A stretch of 64,000 nucleotides of DNA from a virus: IMG/VR virus record IMGVR_UViG_3300048914_000231, positions 50,063 through 114,062 of that record. One strand, written 5' to 3'. The first letter of the stretch is position 1, and each line of letters begins with the position of its first letter. Positions 36,088-45,759 of this stretch are shown here, piece by piece. Position numbers and translations under genes: made by a program. The notes under the pieces were generated by a model. It made no database searches and was not told where the DNA came from. It was given only the letters and a program-made list of their open reading frames with translations.

Positions 36088-36200
36088 ATACACGCTCCGT
36101 ACACGTCTTATACACACCCTACGCACGTTCTTCCACGCACTCCATACACGCCTCACACACCCTACGCACAGCCCTGTACGCGTCCTATGCGTGTACGTTG
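36088..36200. repeat. Degenerate ~11-bp periodic (T)ACACG/ACACAC repeats
   Basis: TACAC at 36089, 36100, 36111, 36145; 15-mer ACACACCCTACGCAC at 36112 and 36155. Confidence 0.7.
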
Positions 36201-36282
36201 AGCCTTCTTCACATACATGCCTGACGTTCTATGTGTGCATGTATTCTTCCCATTCCGGTATGGTTTGCTTGTGGTCCTTCTT

Positions 36283-36780
36283 CTATGCGTTGCTCCAGCG
36301 GTCTCTGCCGTCGATGTTCTTCTGTTGCGGTTGGTCGTTTTCGTTTTTTGAGCTACTGTCGCCGAAGGTTGCCCAGCCTGTGTACGCCATAGAGGCCTGC
36401 TCTTCTTTTTGCCCTGCGTGGCCTGGGTTTGCCGGTTGAGCGGCTGCCCTGTCGTTGAGGCTTTTTGGCATGTCTTTCCGGGTTTGTCTTTCCATCTTTT
36501 CGATTTCTTTTCTGATGGCGTCTGCGTTCTGCCTGAGTTCCCATCTTGCCTGCTTTTCCGGGTTGATGAAGGTTTGCGTTTTGCTTTCGAAGCCGGTTTC
36601 GTGCCTTGCGTTGTAGTAGTCGGCCATCTTGTGTGCCGTGCTTTCCGCTACGTATTTGAAGCCGAGACTTTGCAGGTTGCCGGGCTTGTCCTCGCCCATG
36701 ACGAGCCAGACCTGCCTGTCGAAGCGATTTTTGTCCTCTTCCGCGTAGTAGCGTTCGAATTCATACTTTGGCGTGCTCAT
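36283..36780 (-). CDS. Hypothetical protein
   Basis: Good RBS, charged composition. Confidence 0.7.
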   Translation of the reverse strand: MSTPKYEFERYYAEEDKNRFDRQVWLVMGEDKPGNLQSLGFKYVAESTAHKMADYYNARHETGFESKTQTFINPEKQARWELRQNADAIRKEIEKMERQTRKDMPKSLNDRAAAQPANPGHAGQKEEQASMAYTGWATFGDSSSKNENDQPQQKNIDGRDRWSNA

Positions 36781-36792
36781 ATGCGCAAACTC

Positions 36793-37440
36793 CTACCAGT
36801 TGGCCCACGTGTCGTAGGCGTCGATGCGAATTTCGTGTTCCAGCCTGATTTCGCTGCGCATCTGCCCGATCATGTCGATGCGCCAGTTGATCCGGATGGC
36901 GCGGTTTTCGATACGGTCCTGGCTGCAGTTGTCGATGACGACCTGATCCCTGAAGCCGTTGTGAAAATACAGAACCATGCAGCCGCTTTTTGCCTCGACG
37001 CTTGCGATATTTTCCCTTTGAACGATGGCCCAGTCGTGCCGGTCATCCTTCAGAAGCAGATTCATCTTTTCGGCCCGGTGTCTGGCCACGAGATTGCTTG
37101 AGCAGGTTTCGATCACGTCCCGCCGGTCGTGGTTCGTCGTTCTGATTCTGTACGTCAGGTTGAAGCCGTCGGCGCCGAATTCGGCATGGTAATCGCCGTT
37201 CGTGTCGCGCTCGATCAGCAGCCGGTTGATCCGGTCGATGCGCTCGTGCGTCAGGATATTGTCTCTGCTGCCGTCCGTGATCGCATACAGAATATCGGAC
37301 TGGTTCAGACGCTCCTGATAAATGTTGCCGGCGTCGTTGATGTAGACCCGCACCATCAGCGGATCGATTGTCACATTCGTGGCGTCGTTTTCCAGGCGCT
37401 CCTGCTGCGCGTGCGCTTCCTGTTGTTCCCGCCGATTCAT
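36793..37440 (-). CDS. Hypothetical protein
   Basis: RBS AGGAGGG. Confidence 0.7.
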   Translation of the reverse strand: MNRREQQEAHAQQERLENDATNVTIDPLMVRVYINDAGNIYQERLNQSDILYAITDGSRDNILTHERIDRINRLLIERDTNGDYHAEFGADGFNLTYRIRTTNHDRRDVIETCSSNLVARHRAEKMNLLLKDDRHDWAIVQRENIASVEAKSGCMVLYFHNGFRDQVVIDNCSQDRIENRAIRINWRIDMIGQMRSEIRLEHEIRIDAYDTWANW

Positions 37441-37584
37441 TTTCACCCCTCCTGCGCTATACTGCCTTCGACACGCTCGTGTCCCTTCTGCTTAGGCGCC
37501 CTGACCCCTGCACTCTGCGCCGGTGCACTGTTCGCTGCCATCCCAGCATTGCCGGTGACGTTCTTCCCAGCGTCACCGGCATTT

Positions 37585-37902
37585 TTATTGGGCCGGGCCG
37601 AACTTCATCGCGTGCATGATCCGGCCGAGATCGAGCGCGACGGCATCGAAGAACGCGCCGTCGTGATCCTGATCCAGAATGTCCGGTTCGTCCTTCACGA
37701 ACAGCCCGTCCTGATTCACGACGTAGCCGATGTTGTTGAGCAGCTGGTAGGTCTGCTCCTTGATGTCGTAATAGCGGCGGATCAGGCGGGTATCCTTGCT
37801 CGTCATCGCGTAGGCCTGCAGGTCGGTCATTTCGTCGACCTTGTTCCAGTACAGCCTGGCTTCCAGTTCGCTGGCTTCGCGCCAGGTCAGTTGCAGATTC
37901 AT
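37585..37902 (-). CDS. Hypothetical protein
   Basis: RBS AGGAGAG before MNLQLTW; own promoter. Confidence 0.7.
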   Translation of the reverse strand: MNLQLTWREASELEARLYWNKVDEMTDLQAYAMTSKDTRLIRRYYDIKEQTYQLLNNIGYVVNQDGLFVKDEPDILDQDHDGAFFDAVALDLGRIMHAMKFGPAQ

Positions 37903-38280
37903 GGACTCTCCTGTTATGCGCATGTGCGCTTTGCAATACGTCATTGTCGCCCCGGTGATTCGGCATTGCAATCTGGACACGCGGCGGGCTGGTCGATCGG
38001 TCCGACCGTTTAAACGCGTTTTGAGCGCTCGGATGCGTGCGACGTCATCAGGTGACAACCGATTGTAGAAAACGTCTTGTACGCCCGTTTTGACCCGTTT
38101 GCGGGCGGGCTGATCCCGTATCGGTCGATTTGCGCAAATGACGCTGGAAAAGTTCGGCACTGCTTGCGCGTTGGGTCCGCATTGTCTTGGCTAAGTTGTT
38201 GATTTTTAAGGCATTTGCCAAGGCGGTGAAATATTGCATAAATAGCAGGCATAAGCCTGCTATTGTTGTATTTCATGCAA

Positions 38281-38469
38281 TTACCTGGTGGAACCGCCAG
38301 GTCCGGGCGCCAGCACGTAGCCGCAGGTGCGCAGTGCGTCCTCCCTTGCCTCTTCTGCCGTGCTCCAGCGCGCGACGGAGACCGGCCTGCCATAGCCTTC
38401 CGTCACCACGGTCCATTTGCTGACGTGCCAGAGCGGGCGCGGATTTTGGTCTTGATGCCAGGTACTCAT
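38281..38469 (-). CDS. Small hypothetical protein
   Basis: RBS AAAGGA. Confidence 0.55.
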   Translation of the reverse strand: MSTWHQDQNPRPLWHVSKWTVVTEGYGRPVSVARWSTAEEAREDALRTCGYVLAPGPGGSTR

Positions 38470-38478
38470 GATGTCCTT

Positions 38479-38679
38479 TCAGGGCAGCTCGGGCGTAATG
38501 TGCCGATGTTCACGATGGCCGCACGCCTTGCACTGGTAGGCGTCGGGTTCGTCCGTGTGGCGCATTTCACCGCCGCAGTCCGGGCAGGGCGGGCGCAGGT
38601 TTGGATCGCGAAAGTCCAGGCCGGTCAGCAGGGTGGCAATCATGACGATCAGGATGATGGTTAAAAGAATGGCGAGCAT
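38479..38679 (-). CDS. Membrane-anchored Zn-ribbon protein
   Basis: Hydrophobic N-terminus; CPDC...CKAC. Confidence 0.6.
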   Translation of the reverse strand: MLAILLTIILIVMIATLLTGLDFRDPNLRPPCPDCGGEMRHTDEPDAYQCKACGHREHRHITPELP

Positions 38680-38760
38680 GACTGGTCTCCGTTTAGCGCT
38701 GGTTGGCTTCGGGCATGCTGGCATACAGCGCGAGTGCGGCCGCCGCACGGGTGGTTTTCA

Positions 38761-39048
38761 TCACAGTTCTCCGATCAGGGTCATGAACAGTTCGGTGCTG
38801 GCAACCGCGGCGGCAAATTCTGCGCTGCTGAAGTCGCCCGAATTCATCAGAACGGCGCGCGTCAGGTTCAGGATCGTCTGCTCGACGTCCACCTGGACTT
38901 CTTCATCGCTCCGGTAGGTCAGCACACCGAGCTCGGGATCGGCACTGGTGGCGCTGTCGGCACCATTCTTCACTACAACTTCCCCACCCGGCGTGATGAT
39001 CAGGGTGCCCACCGGGCAGGCGGAGAAGTTCAGGTTACGTTGGCTCAT
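38761..39048 (-). CDS. Hypothetical protein
   Basis: RBS AAGGAG. Confidence 0.65.
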   Translation of the reverse strand: MSQRNLNFSACPVGTLIITPGGEVVVKNGADSATSADPELGVLTYRSDEEVQVDVEQTILNLTRAVLMNSGDFSSAEFAAAVASTELFMTLIGEL

Positions 39049-39196
39049 CGTTTTCTCCTTCATGCGCTGTTGCGCTGTTTCGATAGAGTCATTATCGCGA
39101 CCGGTATGCGGCGATCGTGTGGCTGGTACATGCGCCGGGCCACTTTTCCATGGCATGTTTTGCGTGGAGCAAAAGCGGGCGCTCGGCCCGCTCGTG

Positions 39197-40099
39197 TTAC
39201 GGCTGTTCGCCGATCGCCTTGTAGCCGGCGTCGACCGCGGCGTTGGCCCTTTCCCATGCCGGGTCTTCGTTGCCGCCCTGTTCGTGCAAGTCTTCGGCGC
39301 GCGAACGGGCGTACGGCAGCAGATCGCGAATGACCGCCTTCGACGTCACGGTCGTGTCCGTGCGGTTGATACGCTCGCACAGACTGTCAATGTTTTCGGC
39401 CAACTGTGCGCGGTCATCGGCCGTTTCTACGCCGATATTATCTTCGGCCAGGATATCGATGATGCCTTCGCTCAACTGATGGCGCTGTTCCTGCAGGCAG
39501 CGCAGGCCAGCCAGAATCAGCGTGACATCGAGATTTTGCGGCGACGGCGGTGCGTAATCCAGGTTCGCCTGTTCTTCCAGATGCCGCCAACCTTCCAGCG
39601 CGGCCACTTTCATCGCTGGCGCCATGACATTCCAGGTGGGGCGCAAATCACCCAGCGCTTGATCGGCAAGGCCACCATCCGTAATGCCAGCGATTTCCTG
39701 TACGTGCAAGACAGCGGCTTCGATGTCGTTCAGCTTGGCGGCGTCCAGCAGCGCCTCATCGGTCATGCGCCGCCATGCCCGCGCCGGCTTGGCATCGGCT
39801 TCGACGAAGATGAAGATCGGCCAGCCGTACTGACGATGCAATTCTTCGGCGTACTCGATGGCGTCGGTGCGCATCGAGAAATCGCCGGCGCATTGCACAC
39901 CTTCGCAGAGTTGGCTGTTGCCGGGTTTGTAGTGCAGGTAGACGGAAAAGAAATCCGGGTATTCGTTGTCGCGCTCAATAACTTCCTGATCCATCCTGCC
40001 CACCCGTCGTACGCCATACACTTCGATGCCGTTGAAGTCTTCTGGCTGGCCGCCGATCACGGAATCGGCATAACGGTCAAACATTTTTTCCTGACTCAT
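39197..40099 (-). CDS. Acidic multi-module hypothetical protein
   Basis: 300 aa, RBS AGGAGA. Confidence 0.75.
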   Translation of the reverse strand: MSQEKMFDRYADSVIGGQPEDFNGIEVYGVRRVGRMDQEVIERDNEYPDFFSVYLHYKPGNSQLCEGVQCAGDFSMRTDAIEYAEELHRQYGWPIFIFVEADAKPARAWRRMTDEALLDAAKLNDIEAAVLHVQEIAGITDGGLADQALGDLRPTWNVMAPAMKVAALEGWRHLEEQANLDYAPPSPQNLDVTLILAGLRCLQEQRHQLSEGIIDILAEDNIGVETADDRAQLAENIDSLCERINRTDTTVTSKAVIRDLLPYARSRAEDLHEQGGNEDPAWERANAAVDAGYKAIGEQP

Positions 40100-40142
40100 G
40101 GTTTCTCCTGATGTGGGCCGGCATTGTGCCAGCCCGATTGTG

Positions 40143-40457
40143 TTAAATCTTTTCCCAGCCGACCGCTGCGCACAGCCAGGCGTTGCCGCCGGTCACGACA
40201 ATGTCGCCGCACGAGACAGAGCGGATGCGCCCGTACTTCTGCTCGCGCTCTTCCTGCCGGCCTGGATGGTTGGTCAGGTCGAAGCATTCTTCGGCGGCCG
40301 CTTCACCCACACGCGCGCCAACCTTGACAGTGGCCGCGGTCTTGTAGCGCCCATCCTGATACGCCGCGATCAGTTGCGGCTTGGACGATGAAAACCAGGC
40401 GTCGCGTTGCAGGTAATCAGGCGGGAACATCACGAAGGCGGTGTTATTGATGGTCAT
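40143..40457 (-). CDS. YodL-like domain protein
   Basis: FDLTN.P...RSVSCGDIVV......C..VGW. Confidence 0.6.
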   Translation of the reverse strand: MTINNTAFVMFPPDYLQRDAWFSSSKPQLIAAYQDGRYKTAATVKVGARVGEAAAEECFDLTNHPGRQEEREQKYGRIRSVSCGDIVVTGGNAWLCAAVGWEKI

Positions 40458-40544
40458 TTCGTTTCTCTCGGTTGTCGCTGCACGTCGCAGCAAAACCAGT
40501 ATGACGCCCGCAATATGGCAGCGGGCGTCGGCATGGTGGCTGGT

Positions 40545-41024
40545 TTAGTGCAGCGTTACGCCGGTCGGCGCGCCTTCGCGCCACAGCATGTCCTGATGAT
40601 GTGCGACGACGTGGTCGAAGCCCTCCTGCCAGGGCATCAGGCCCGCCAGGTCGGCAATCACCAGCTGGACGAACTGCTCCGGCTGCAGCGCCGGGTTGTC
40701 ATGAAATGCCACCGATGCCAGCTCCCTGACCATGTCCGGCTGGGCCGAGGTCTTGATGGCAAAATTGTTACCCTGCATGTCGAATACCTCGCCATCGGCG
40801 GGTGGGCCATTGTCGATCATGCGATGACCGGCGGCGTGCACGATGGCGCCGCAGGAAACGACATTCGGGCCGATGACCATGAGCTCCGGCAGACCGCGCC
40901 TGGCCAGGCCCAGTGTGTAGGCGTAGGGCGTGCCGTCCTGCAATTCTCCACCCATCACCGCAAAGCCGCATTGGCCCTTTTGCTTTGCGATCAGTGCGGA
41001 CTCTACCTTGTTCAACATTTCCAT
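40545..41024 (-). CDS. DUF4262-like protein
   Basis: YAYTLGL...GLPEL, QLVIAD..G.MPW. Confidence 0.75.
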   Translation of the reverse strand: MEMLNKVESALIAKQKGQCGFAVMGGELQDGTPYAYTLGLARRGLPELMVIGPNVVSCGAIVHAAGHRMIDNGPPADGEVFDMQGNNFAIKTSAQPDMVRELASVAFHDNPALQPEQFVQLVIADLAGLMPWQEGFDHVVAHHQDMLWREGAPTGVTLH

Positions 41025-41100
41025 TCTCTCCTTCGTGATGTGCGTCGCACCGTGCGACTGGTATATTGTGCCCGCGCATGCATGGCGTGGGTACGGCGGG

Positions 41101-41328
41101 CTAGAAGCTGCCGAAACCCGGGTATGGGCTTGGCTTCACACCGAACAGGTGGTCGAGGTCTTCCCGGCTTGCCGTTGGCAGAATGCGGCGGTATTCCTGA
41201 CAGCAGGACAGACACAGGAAACTGTTAGCCCAGCGTGCGGAAGGAACGGTGACTGTTCCACTGCGACATGTGTGGCAGTCAAACTGATCGCCCGGTTCGA
41301 ATTCACCGCTGATCGGATCGGGACTCAC
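41101..41328 (-). CDS. Small Zn-ribbon protein
   Basis: CHTC...CLSC. Confidence 0.5.
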   Translation of the reverse strand: MSPDPISGEFEPGDQFDCHTCRSGTVTVPSARWANSFLCLSCCQEYRRILPTASREDLDHLFGVKPSPYPGFGSF

Positions 41329-41492
41329 GCCACCTCCGGTAGTTGGGCGATCAGCTGCGGCAGGCTGCCGAGAATGCGCCGCACCGTCGATGGCGAAGTG
41401 CCGACATGCTGGGCGATATCGGCCGCCGTCATGGTGCGCGCCAGTTCGATCACGCGTGGCAGAATCTCTTCGATTCTCGGCGTGAGCTTCAT
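41325..41492 (-). CDS. Small HTH protein
   Basis: MTAADIAQHVGTSPSTVRRIL. Confidence 0.7.
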   Translation of the reverse strand: MKLTPRIEEILPRVIELARTMTAADIAQHVGTSPSTVRRILGSLPQLIAQLPEVA

Positions 41493-42202
41493 GCGTATTC
41501 CTCCGGATAGACCTCGGACAGGTCGCGCTTGCACACGTCTACACGCATGCGTGCCTCATTGATCTCCACGACCAGCTCCTCGCCTTCTTCATGGCGGGTG
41601 CCAATCCTTTCGACGCGGCGCGCCAGGTCTTCCATGATCATGGCGGCATCGTAATGCGAGCCGGCCGGGCTGTTCCAGCGCTGCATGGCGGCGCGCACGC
41701 CAACCCGCATCCAGTCGGCCAGGTTCTTGGCCAGTTCGCCGTCCGGGTCGATTAAATCAAGAGTTCGCAATTCGTATTCGTCATGTCCGAACTCCTCGTT
41801 GAACTTCTCGACGCCTTTGCGTACCGACTCGGCAATGATCAGCTCCATTTCCTCGCCGATTTCGTCTTCGGTCGGCACGCTGCGCACCGGTCCCGGCTGG
41901 GTGGTACCGTTAAAGAGGATGTATTCCAGCTGGCGCATTACCTCGCCGGTCCATGTCTGCGTTGGCGTGACGAAAAAGTTCTGCGCATACCACCAGCCGG
42001 ATTCGACCCGCAGGTACAGGCGCGCGCCCAGCGCCAGCATTTCATCGGCGATGGCGCCGTGTTTCAGGCCACCGGGCAGGTGTTCCATGCAGTCGTGTCC
42101 GATCGTGTCGCCAAACGACGCGTCGAAGTGCGGCATGTTCTTGAGAACCCAGCCGGTTGCGCCTTCCTGGTCACGGCCCCACACGAACACGTGCCGGCTC
42201 AT
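41489..42202 (-). CDS. Hypothetical protein with possible metal-binding HDxxEH motif
   Basis: GHDCMEH...DEMLALGA. Confidence 0.7.
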   Translation of the reverse strand: MSRHVFVWGRDQEGATGWVLKNMPHFDASFGDTIGHDCMEHLPGGLKHGAIADEMLALGARLYLRVESGWWYAQNFFVTPTQTWTGEVMRQLEYILFNGTTQPGPVRSVPTEDEIGEEMELIIAESVRKGVEKFNEEFGHDEYELRTLDLIDPDGELAKNLADWMRVGVRAAMQRWNSPAGSHYDAAMIMEDLARRVERIGTRHEEGEELVVEINEARMRVDVCKRDLSEVYPEEYA

Positions 42203-42495
42203 TTCGGCAGCTCCATGTGCCCGATGTAGTTGCCGACCCAGGCGGTGAACACGGCGCGCGCCTTGTCGTATTCGAACATCGAGGTGCCGAACACCTCGCA
42301 TTTGTGCTCGACGTCGGCGACGCCGCTGCCGGTGATCAGGCGATAGTCGACCACGTTGGCGACGTGGTTGTCGCCTTCGAACTTGGCGGTCAGACGAAAG
42401 CGCACGTGCGAATCCTGAAACAGGCGGTGCACGAACGTGGTCGGGTCGACCTGGCCGACGACGCCGGCATTAAAGTGGTCCAGAGGCATTTTCAT
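42199..42495 (-). CDS. Hypothetical protein
   Basis: Coupled to the downstream gene; own leader. Confidence 0.6.
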   Translation of the reverse strand: MKMPLDHFNAGVVGQVDPTTFVHRLFQDSHVRFRLTAKFEGDNHVANVVDYRLITGSGVADVEHKCEVFGTSMFEYDKARAVFTAWVGNYIGHMELPK

Positions 42496-42575
42496 TTTGT
42501 TTCTCTTCGTGTTGTTGCGATGTAGTAATTATGATGTCCGGTATGCGGCACCGGGGTGGCGCATTGATGCCCGCC

Positions 42576-42875
42576 TTACCAGCTGCCGGCCAGCGTATGG
42601 GTTGGCAGGTCGGCTTTGGCCAGTTCGTGCGCCTTGAGCCAAATCGCCTGTTCCCATTGCAGGTCGTGCCACAGTTTGTCGAAGCCACGGGTGCGTTTTT
42701 CAAGCCATTTGCCCTGTTCCAGTTGCAGGTCGCGCCAGGCCTGCTCCCACGCCTGGCGTTCCAGCTCGACGCGAACGCGCTCGCGCACGACCCTGTTGGC
42801 TTTCTCGCGCTCACGCAGCGCGGCGGCCTTCTGGATCTGATCGCGCTGCCTGACGCGTTTCTGCTTCTTGTTCAC
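42576..42875 (-). CDS. Basic coiled-coil hypothetical protein
   Basis: Internal W.DLQ.EQ..WL duplication. Confidence 0.55.
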   Translation of the reverse strand: MNKKQKRVRQRDQIQKAAALREREKANRVVRERVRVELERQAWEQAWRDLQLEQGKWLEKRTRGFDKLWHDLQWEQAIWLKAHELAKADLPTHTLAGSW

Positions 42876-43189
42876 ACCGCATCCTCAAGCAGTTCGTAGC
42901 GTGCATTGTGCTCGATGGTGGTTTCGGTGATCAGACCTTCCTTCTTGCCGGCGATGCCGCGCAGAATGGCGACCGAGCAGCAGATTTCAGGATACTTGCC
43001 GGTGTACGGCATGATCTTCTCGACGCGCATGCCATCGTTGCCGTTGGTCCAGAACCTGATCACGTCGCCAACCTGCAGTTCCGGCCCCATCCTGAAGCCG
43101 CGCTTTGCGTTCTGTTCGGCCGCCCAACTGCCGGCGCGCGGGGTGATCGGCTGGTGCCGGCCATTCCTGAATTGTCCGTAGCCCATCAT
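42872..43189 (-). CDS. Hypothetical protein
   Basis: Coupled; LQVGDVI SH3-like motif. Confidence 0.6.
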   Translation of the reverse strand: MMGYGQFRNGRHQPITPRAGSWAAEQNAKRGFRMGPELQVGDVIRFWTNGNDGMRVEKIMPYTGKYPEICCSVAILRGIAGKKEGLITETTIEHNARYELLEDAV

Positions 43190-43497
43190 GCCTCCCGCTG
43201 CAGCGTGGATTGACTGTCGAGCCAGGCGACGACGCCTTCGAACGACGCTTCCGGTGCGCCCTCGCTGGCCAGCAGGCGGTAGTTGACCTCGTTGGCGTAG
43301 TAGTTCTGCTGGCGCTCGCTGGTCAGGAACACGGCGGTGGCGAACGCGTCGGTGGTCTGGATCACGACGATCTTGCCGGCGCCGCTGCCGTCGCGCCTGA
43401 TGTGGAAACTGACATGCACGTCATCGTTGAAGATGGTCAGGCGCGTGCGCCATGCATTGTCATACTCCGGGACAATCGGTTTCATGTTTCTCTCCAT
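43186..43497 (-). CDS. Hypothetical protein
   Basis: First gene after an operator/promoter. Confidence 0.6.
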   Translation of the reverse strand: MERNMKPIVPEYDNAWRTRLTIFNDDVHVSFHIRRDGSGAGKIVVIQTTDAFATAVFLTSERQQNYYANEVNYRLLASEGAPEASFEGVVAWLDSQSTLQREA

Positions 43498-43698
43498 TAA
43501 TGTCGTACATCACGACTGACTGATAGCGATTATCGCGCGCGCTGCCCGGCGTCGCAACCGGACGCGCACTCTTCGCCACCGTGTTTCAGGTCCGACGATT
43601 TAAACGCGTTTTAAGACATTTTCGCGCAAACTGGTGCGCTGGTATCAACCGGGTCGTTCCAACGCCCTGTAGCGCGTTCTGCGGGCAGGAAAACCGGT

Positions 43699-44367
43699 TT
43701 ATGCTGCGTTATCTGGTTGAGACGATGACTCAGCTTTTCTTTTGGCGATCCCGGCCTGGCGCGAAGCACGTATTTTGGCGATTGTTTCAGCTGATTTCGG
43801 CTTGCCTTTCAAAGCAGCACTTCGCTTGGCGTTGGACTCAGGCTTCGACTGGCGTGAAGACGAAGCCGCGGACATTTTTGCACGTGCCTCTTCCGTGATT
43901 GGCTTGCGATTTCGTTGCGCTGCGCGCATTCGCTCCAAAGTCTCGGGTGATTTTGATTTTCCCTTGAGCGCCTCGGAAATTAGACGACGCGCATCTTTCG
44001 TTACTGATACGCGACCTTTCTTTGCCAGACTCATGCGGGCCTTGGACTCTTCGCTGCATTTGGTTCCGAGACGAGATTTGGAAACGCCACAGACATTGTA
44101 GCCATAACTGCCATCGGCGGCCTTGTGTGCATCGATAAATAGTTGCTCCTGAGCAGTCATATTCGCGACGCCGCACTCGCATAAGACAGTCAAAAGAAAT
44201 GCGCTCTCTCCATCAATGTCCCAGGCTCGTTGAAGGTGAGGCGAATGATGAGCGCCTTTCCTAAGAGCCCACTTGTGTTGCTTCCACCTACGCTCAATGT
44301 TGATTGAACTTCCGATGTAAATTTTGCCATTGGTGGTGTTGATGATGGAATAAATGCCAGTCGTCAT
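43699..44367 (-). CDS. GIY-YIG homing endonuclease with NUMOD3 repeats
   Basis: GIYSI.N..NGKIYIGSS, E, YGYN, SEESKARMS repeats. Confidence 0.93.
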   Translation of the reverse strand: MTTGIYSIINTTNGKIYIGSSINIERRWKQHKWALRKGAHHSPHLQRAWDIDGESAFLLTVLCECGVANMTAQEQLFIDAHKAADGSYGYNVCGVSKSRLGTKCSEESKARMSLAKKGRVSVTKDARRLISEALKGKSKSPETLERMRAAQRNRKPITEEARAKMSAASSSRQSKPESNAKRSAALKGKPKSAETIAKIRASRQAGIAKRKAESSSQPDNAA

Positions 44368-44376
44368 GCTGTTTCC

Positions 44377-44432
44377 AAAAAGAAAAGACCAGTCTAGGAT
44401 GACTGGTCTTTGTCGTCAAGTCAGTTTTGACT
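44377..44432 (-). promoter_or_regulatory. Overlapping terminator, promoter and operator
   Basis: Hairpin AAAGACCAGTC-N6-GACTGGTCTTT plus T run; TTGACG-17-TAGACT; AGTCA-N4-TGACT at 44419-44432. Confidence 0.65.
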
Positions 44433-45460
44433 TATTTGAGACCCAGACCTGCGTAGGCCATTTGGAGCAGCGGGCTGTGCGGATTCGGAGTCATTTCGCC
44501 TTTACTCTTGAGGGTCATACCGAGAATCGGCAGCATCATTTGCATCTGATTCGACTGGCTCGCCGCAGTCCCTGTGCTATAGGGTTTCGAAAGGAGGTTC
44601 GTGTACAGGTTTCCTTTGGCGCCGGTTGTGATTTTCCCATCCTGGTGCAACACGGTGATGGCGCGTTTCATCACCTCGTTCAGCTGACCGCCGTTCTTGA
44701 GCCACACAAAGAACATCAGAATTTTGTCGCGCACCTTGTCGGCGATGTAGCCCTCGGCGTTGCTGCTCGTGATGTTCATCTTGTGGATGAACTCGGCGTG
44801 CTCGGCCTGAATCTGCTCACCATCATGACGGTCGTCGAACACCAGCAGCGCGGCGGCATTGTCGGTGCCCAGCTTGGCGATCAGCAGGTCGCCCGGCTTG
44901 TGCGTGATACTCGACACGCGTGGCGCTTTCGGCTCGGCTGCCGCAGGCGGCGCTGCGTCTTCGGGCCCGGCATCGGGCGCGTCTTCGCCTTTCGCTTCGA
45001 TCGCGCCGGCATCGGGCTGCTTGGCTTCTTCACCGTCGCTGCCGTAGCCCGCCGGAACCGTCGTCTTTTTCTTGCCGCCTTTTTTGGCGCCGCCCTTCTT
45101 CGCCTTCACCGGCGTTTCGGGTTCGGCGGGGGCGGCAGCGACGGCGTCGATCGCGCCTTCGATGATCTCGTCGACCGGGTCGACGCTGACATCGGCGCCC
45201 TTCGCCTCGATCGTGCCGGCGTTGTCGCCCTCGATCGTTTCGAGAATCGAGTCGTCGAGACCGGCGAGTGGGTCGTTACCGGCCAGGGCCGCGATGTCGT
45301 TGACCAGATTGACCATGCCCGGCACACCGGCCGCTGCATCGGTGGCGATCACGCTCTCGATGCTTGCGCCGCCCGCGTCGAGCGAGGACAGCAGGTCGTC
45401 GAGCATGGCGTCGCCCGCGTTGACGTCGGTGGCGACGATGGTGTTTTCGGCTGCGTTCAT
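44432..45460 (-). CDS. Hypothetical protein, acidic disordered N-terminus plus folded C-terminal domain
   Basis: 342 aa, RBS AAGGAG. Confidence 0.85.
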   Translation of the reverse strand: MNAAENTIVATDVNAGDAMLDDLLSSLDAGGASIESVIATDAAAGVPGMVNLVNDIAALAGNDPLAGLDDSILETIEGDNAGTIEAKGADVSVDPVDEIIEGAIDAVAAAPAEPETPVKAKKGGAKKGGKKKTTVPAGYGSDGEEAKQPDAGAIEAKGEDAPDAGPEDAAPPAAAEPKAPRVSSITHKPGDLLIAKLGTDNAAALLVFDDRHDGEQIQAEHAEFIHKMNITSSNAEGYIADKVRDKILMFFVWLKNGGQLNEVMKRAITVLHQDGKITTGAKGNLYTNLLSKPYSTGTAASQSNQMQMMLPILGMTLKSKGEMTPNPHSPLLQMAYAGLGLK

Positions 45461-45759
45461 GTGCTACTCCTTCGTGTTTGGTTTGATTGATCGCTTTGTG
45501 CGATGACCGTATTGTCAGACCCGGGATTTGGCACCGCAACTGCTGAACCTGGCGACTTTTCCCGCTTCGCTGCTACGCTGTTTTGCTGCGCGCTGCATCG
45601 ATGTATTGAAGTTTGAAGCGCGCGGACAGGCGCGACAAGCGCGCGGCATGGAAGGTTTCGACTTGATGAATGTGAGCCCGCGCGCGTAGCAGCGCATGCC
45701 CGGCGCAGGTCAGGAAGAGTGCGGGCCAAGAAAAAGGCGCCGTGTGGGCGCCTTTGCTA

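Noticed and set aside
35912-36439. 175-aa plus-strand ORF
   Set aside because: Translation of skewed low-complexity DNA that overlaps a better minus-strand gene
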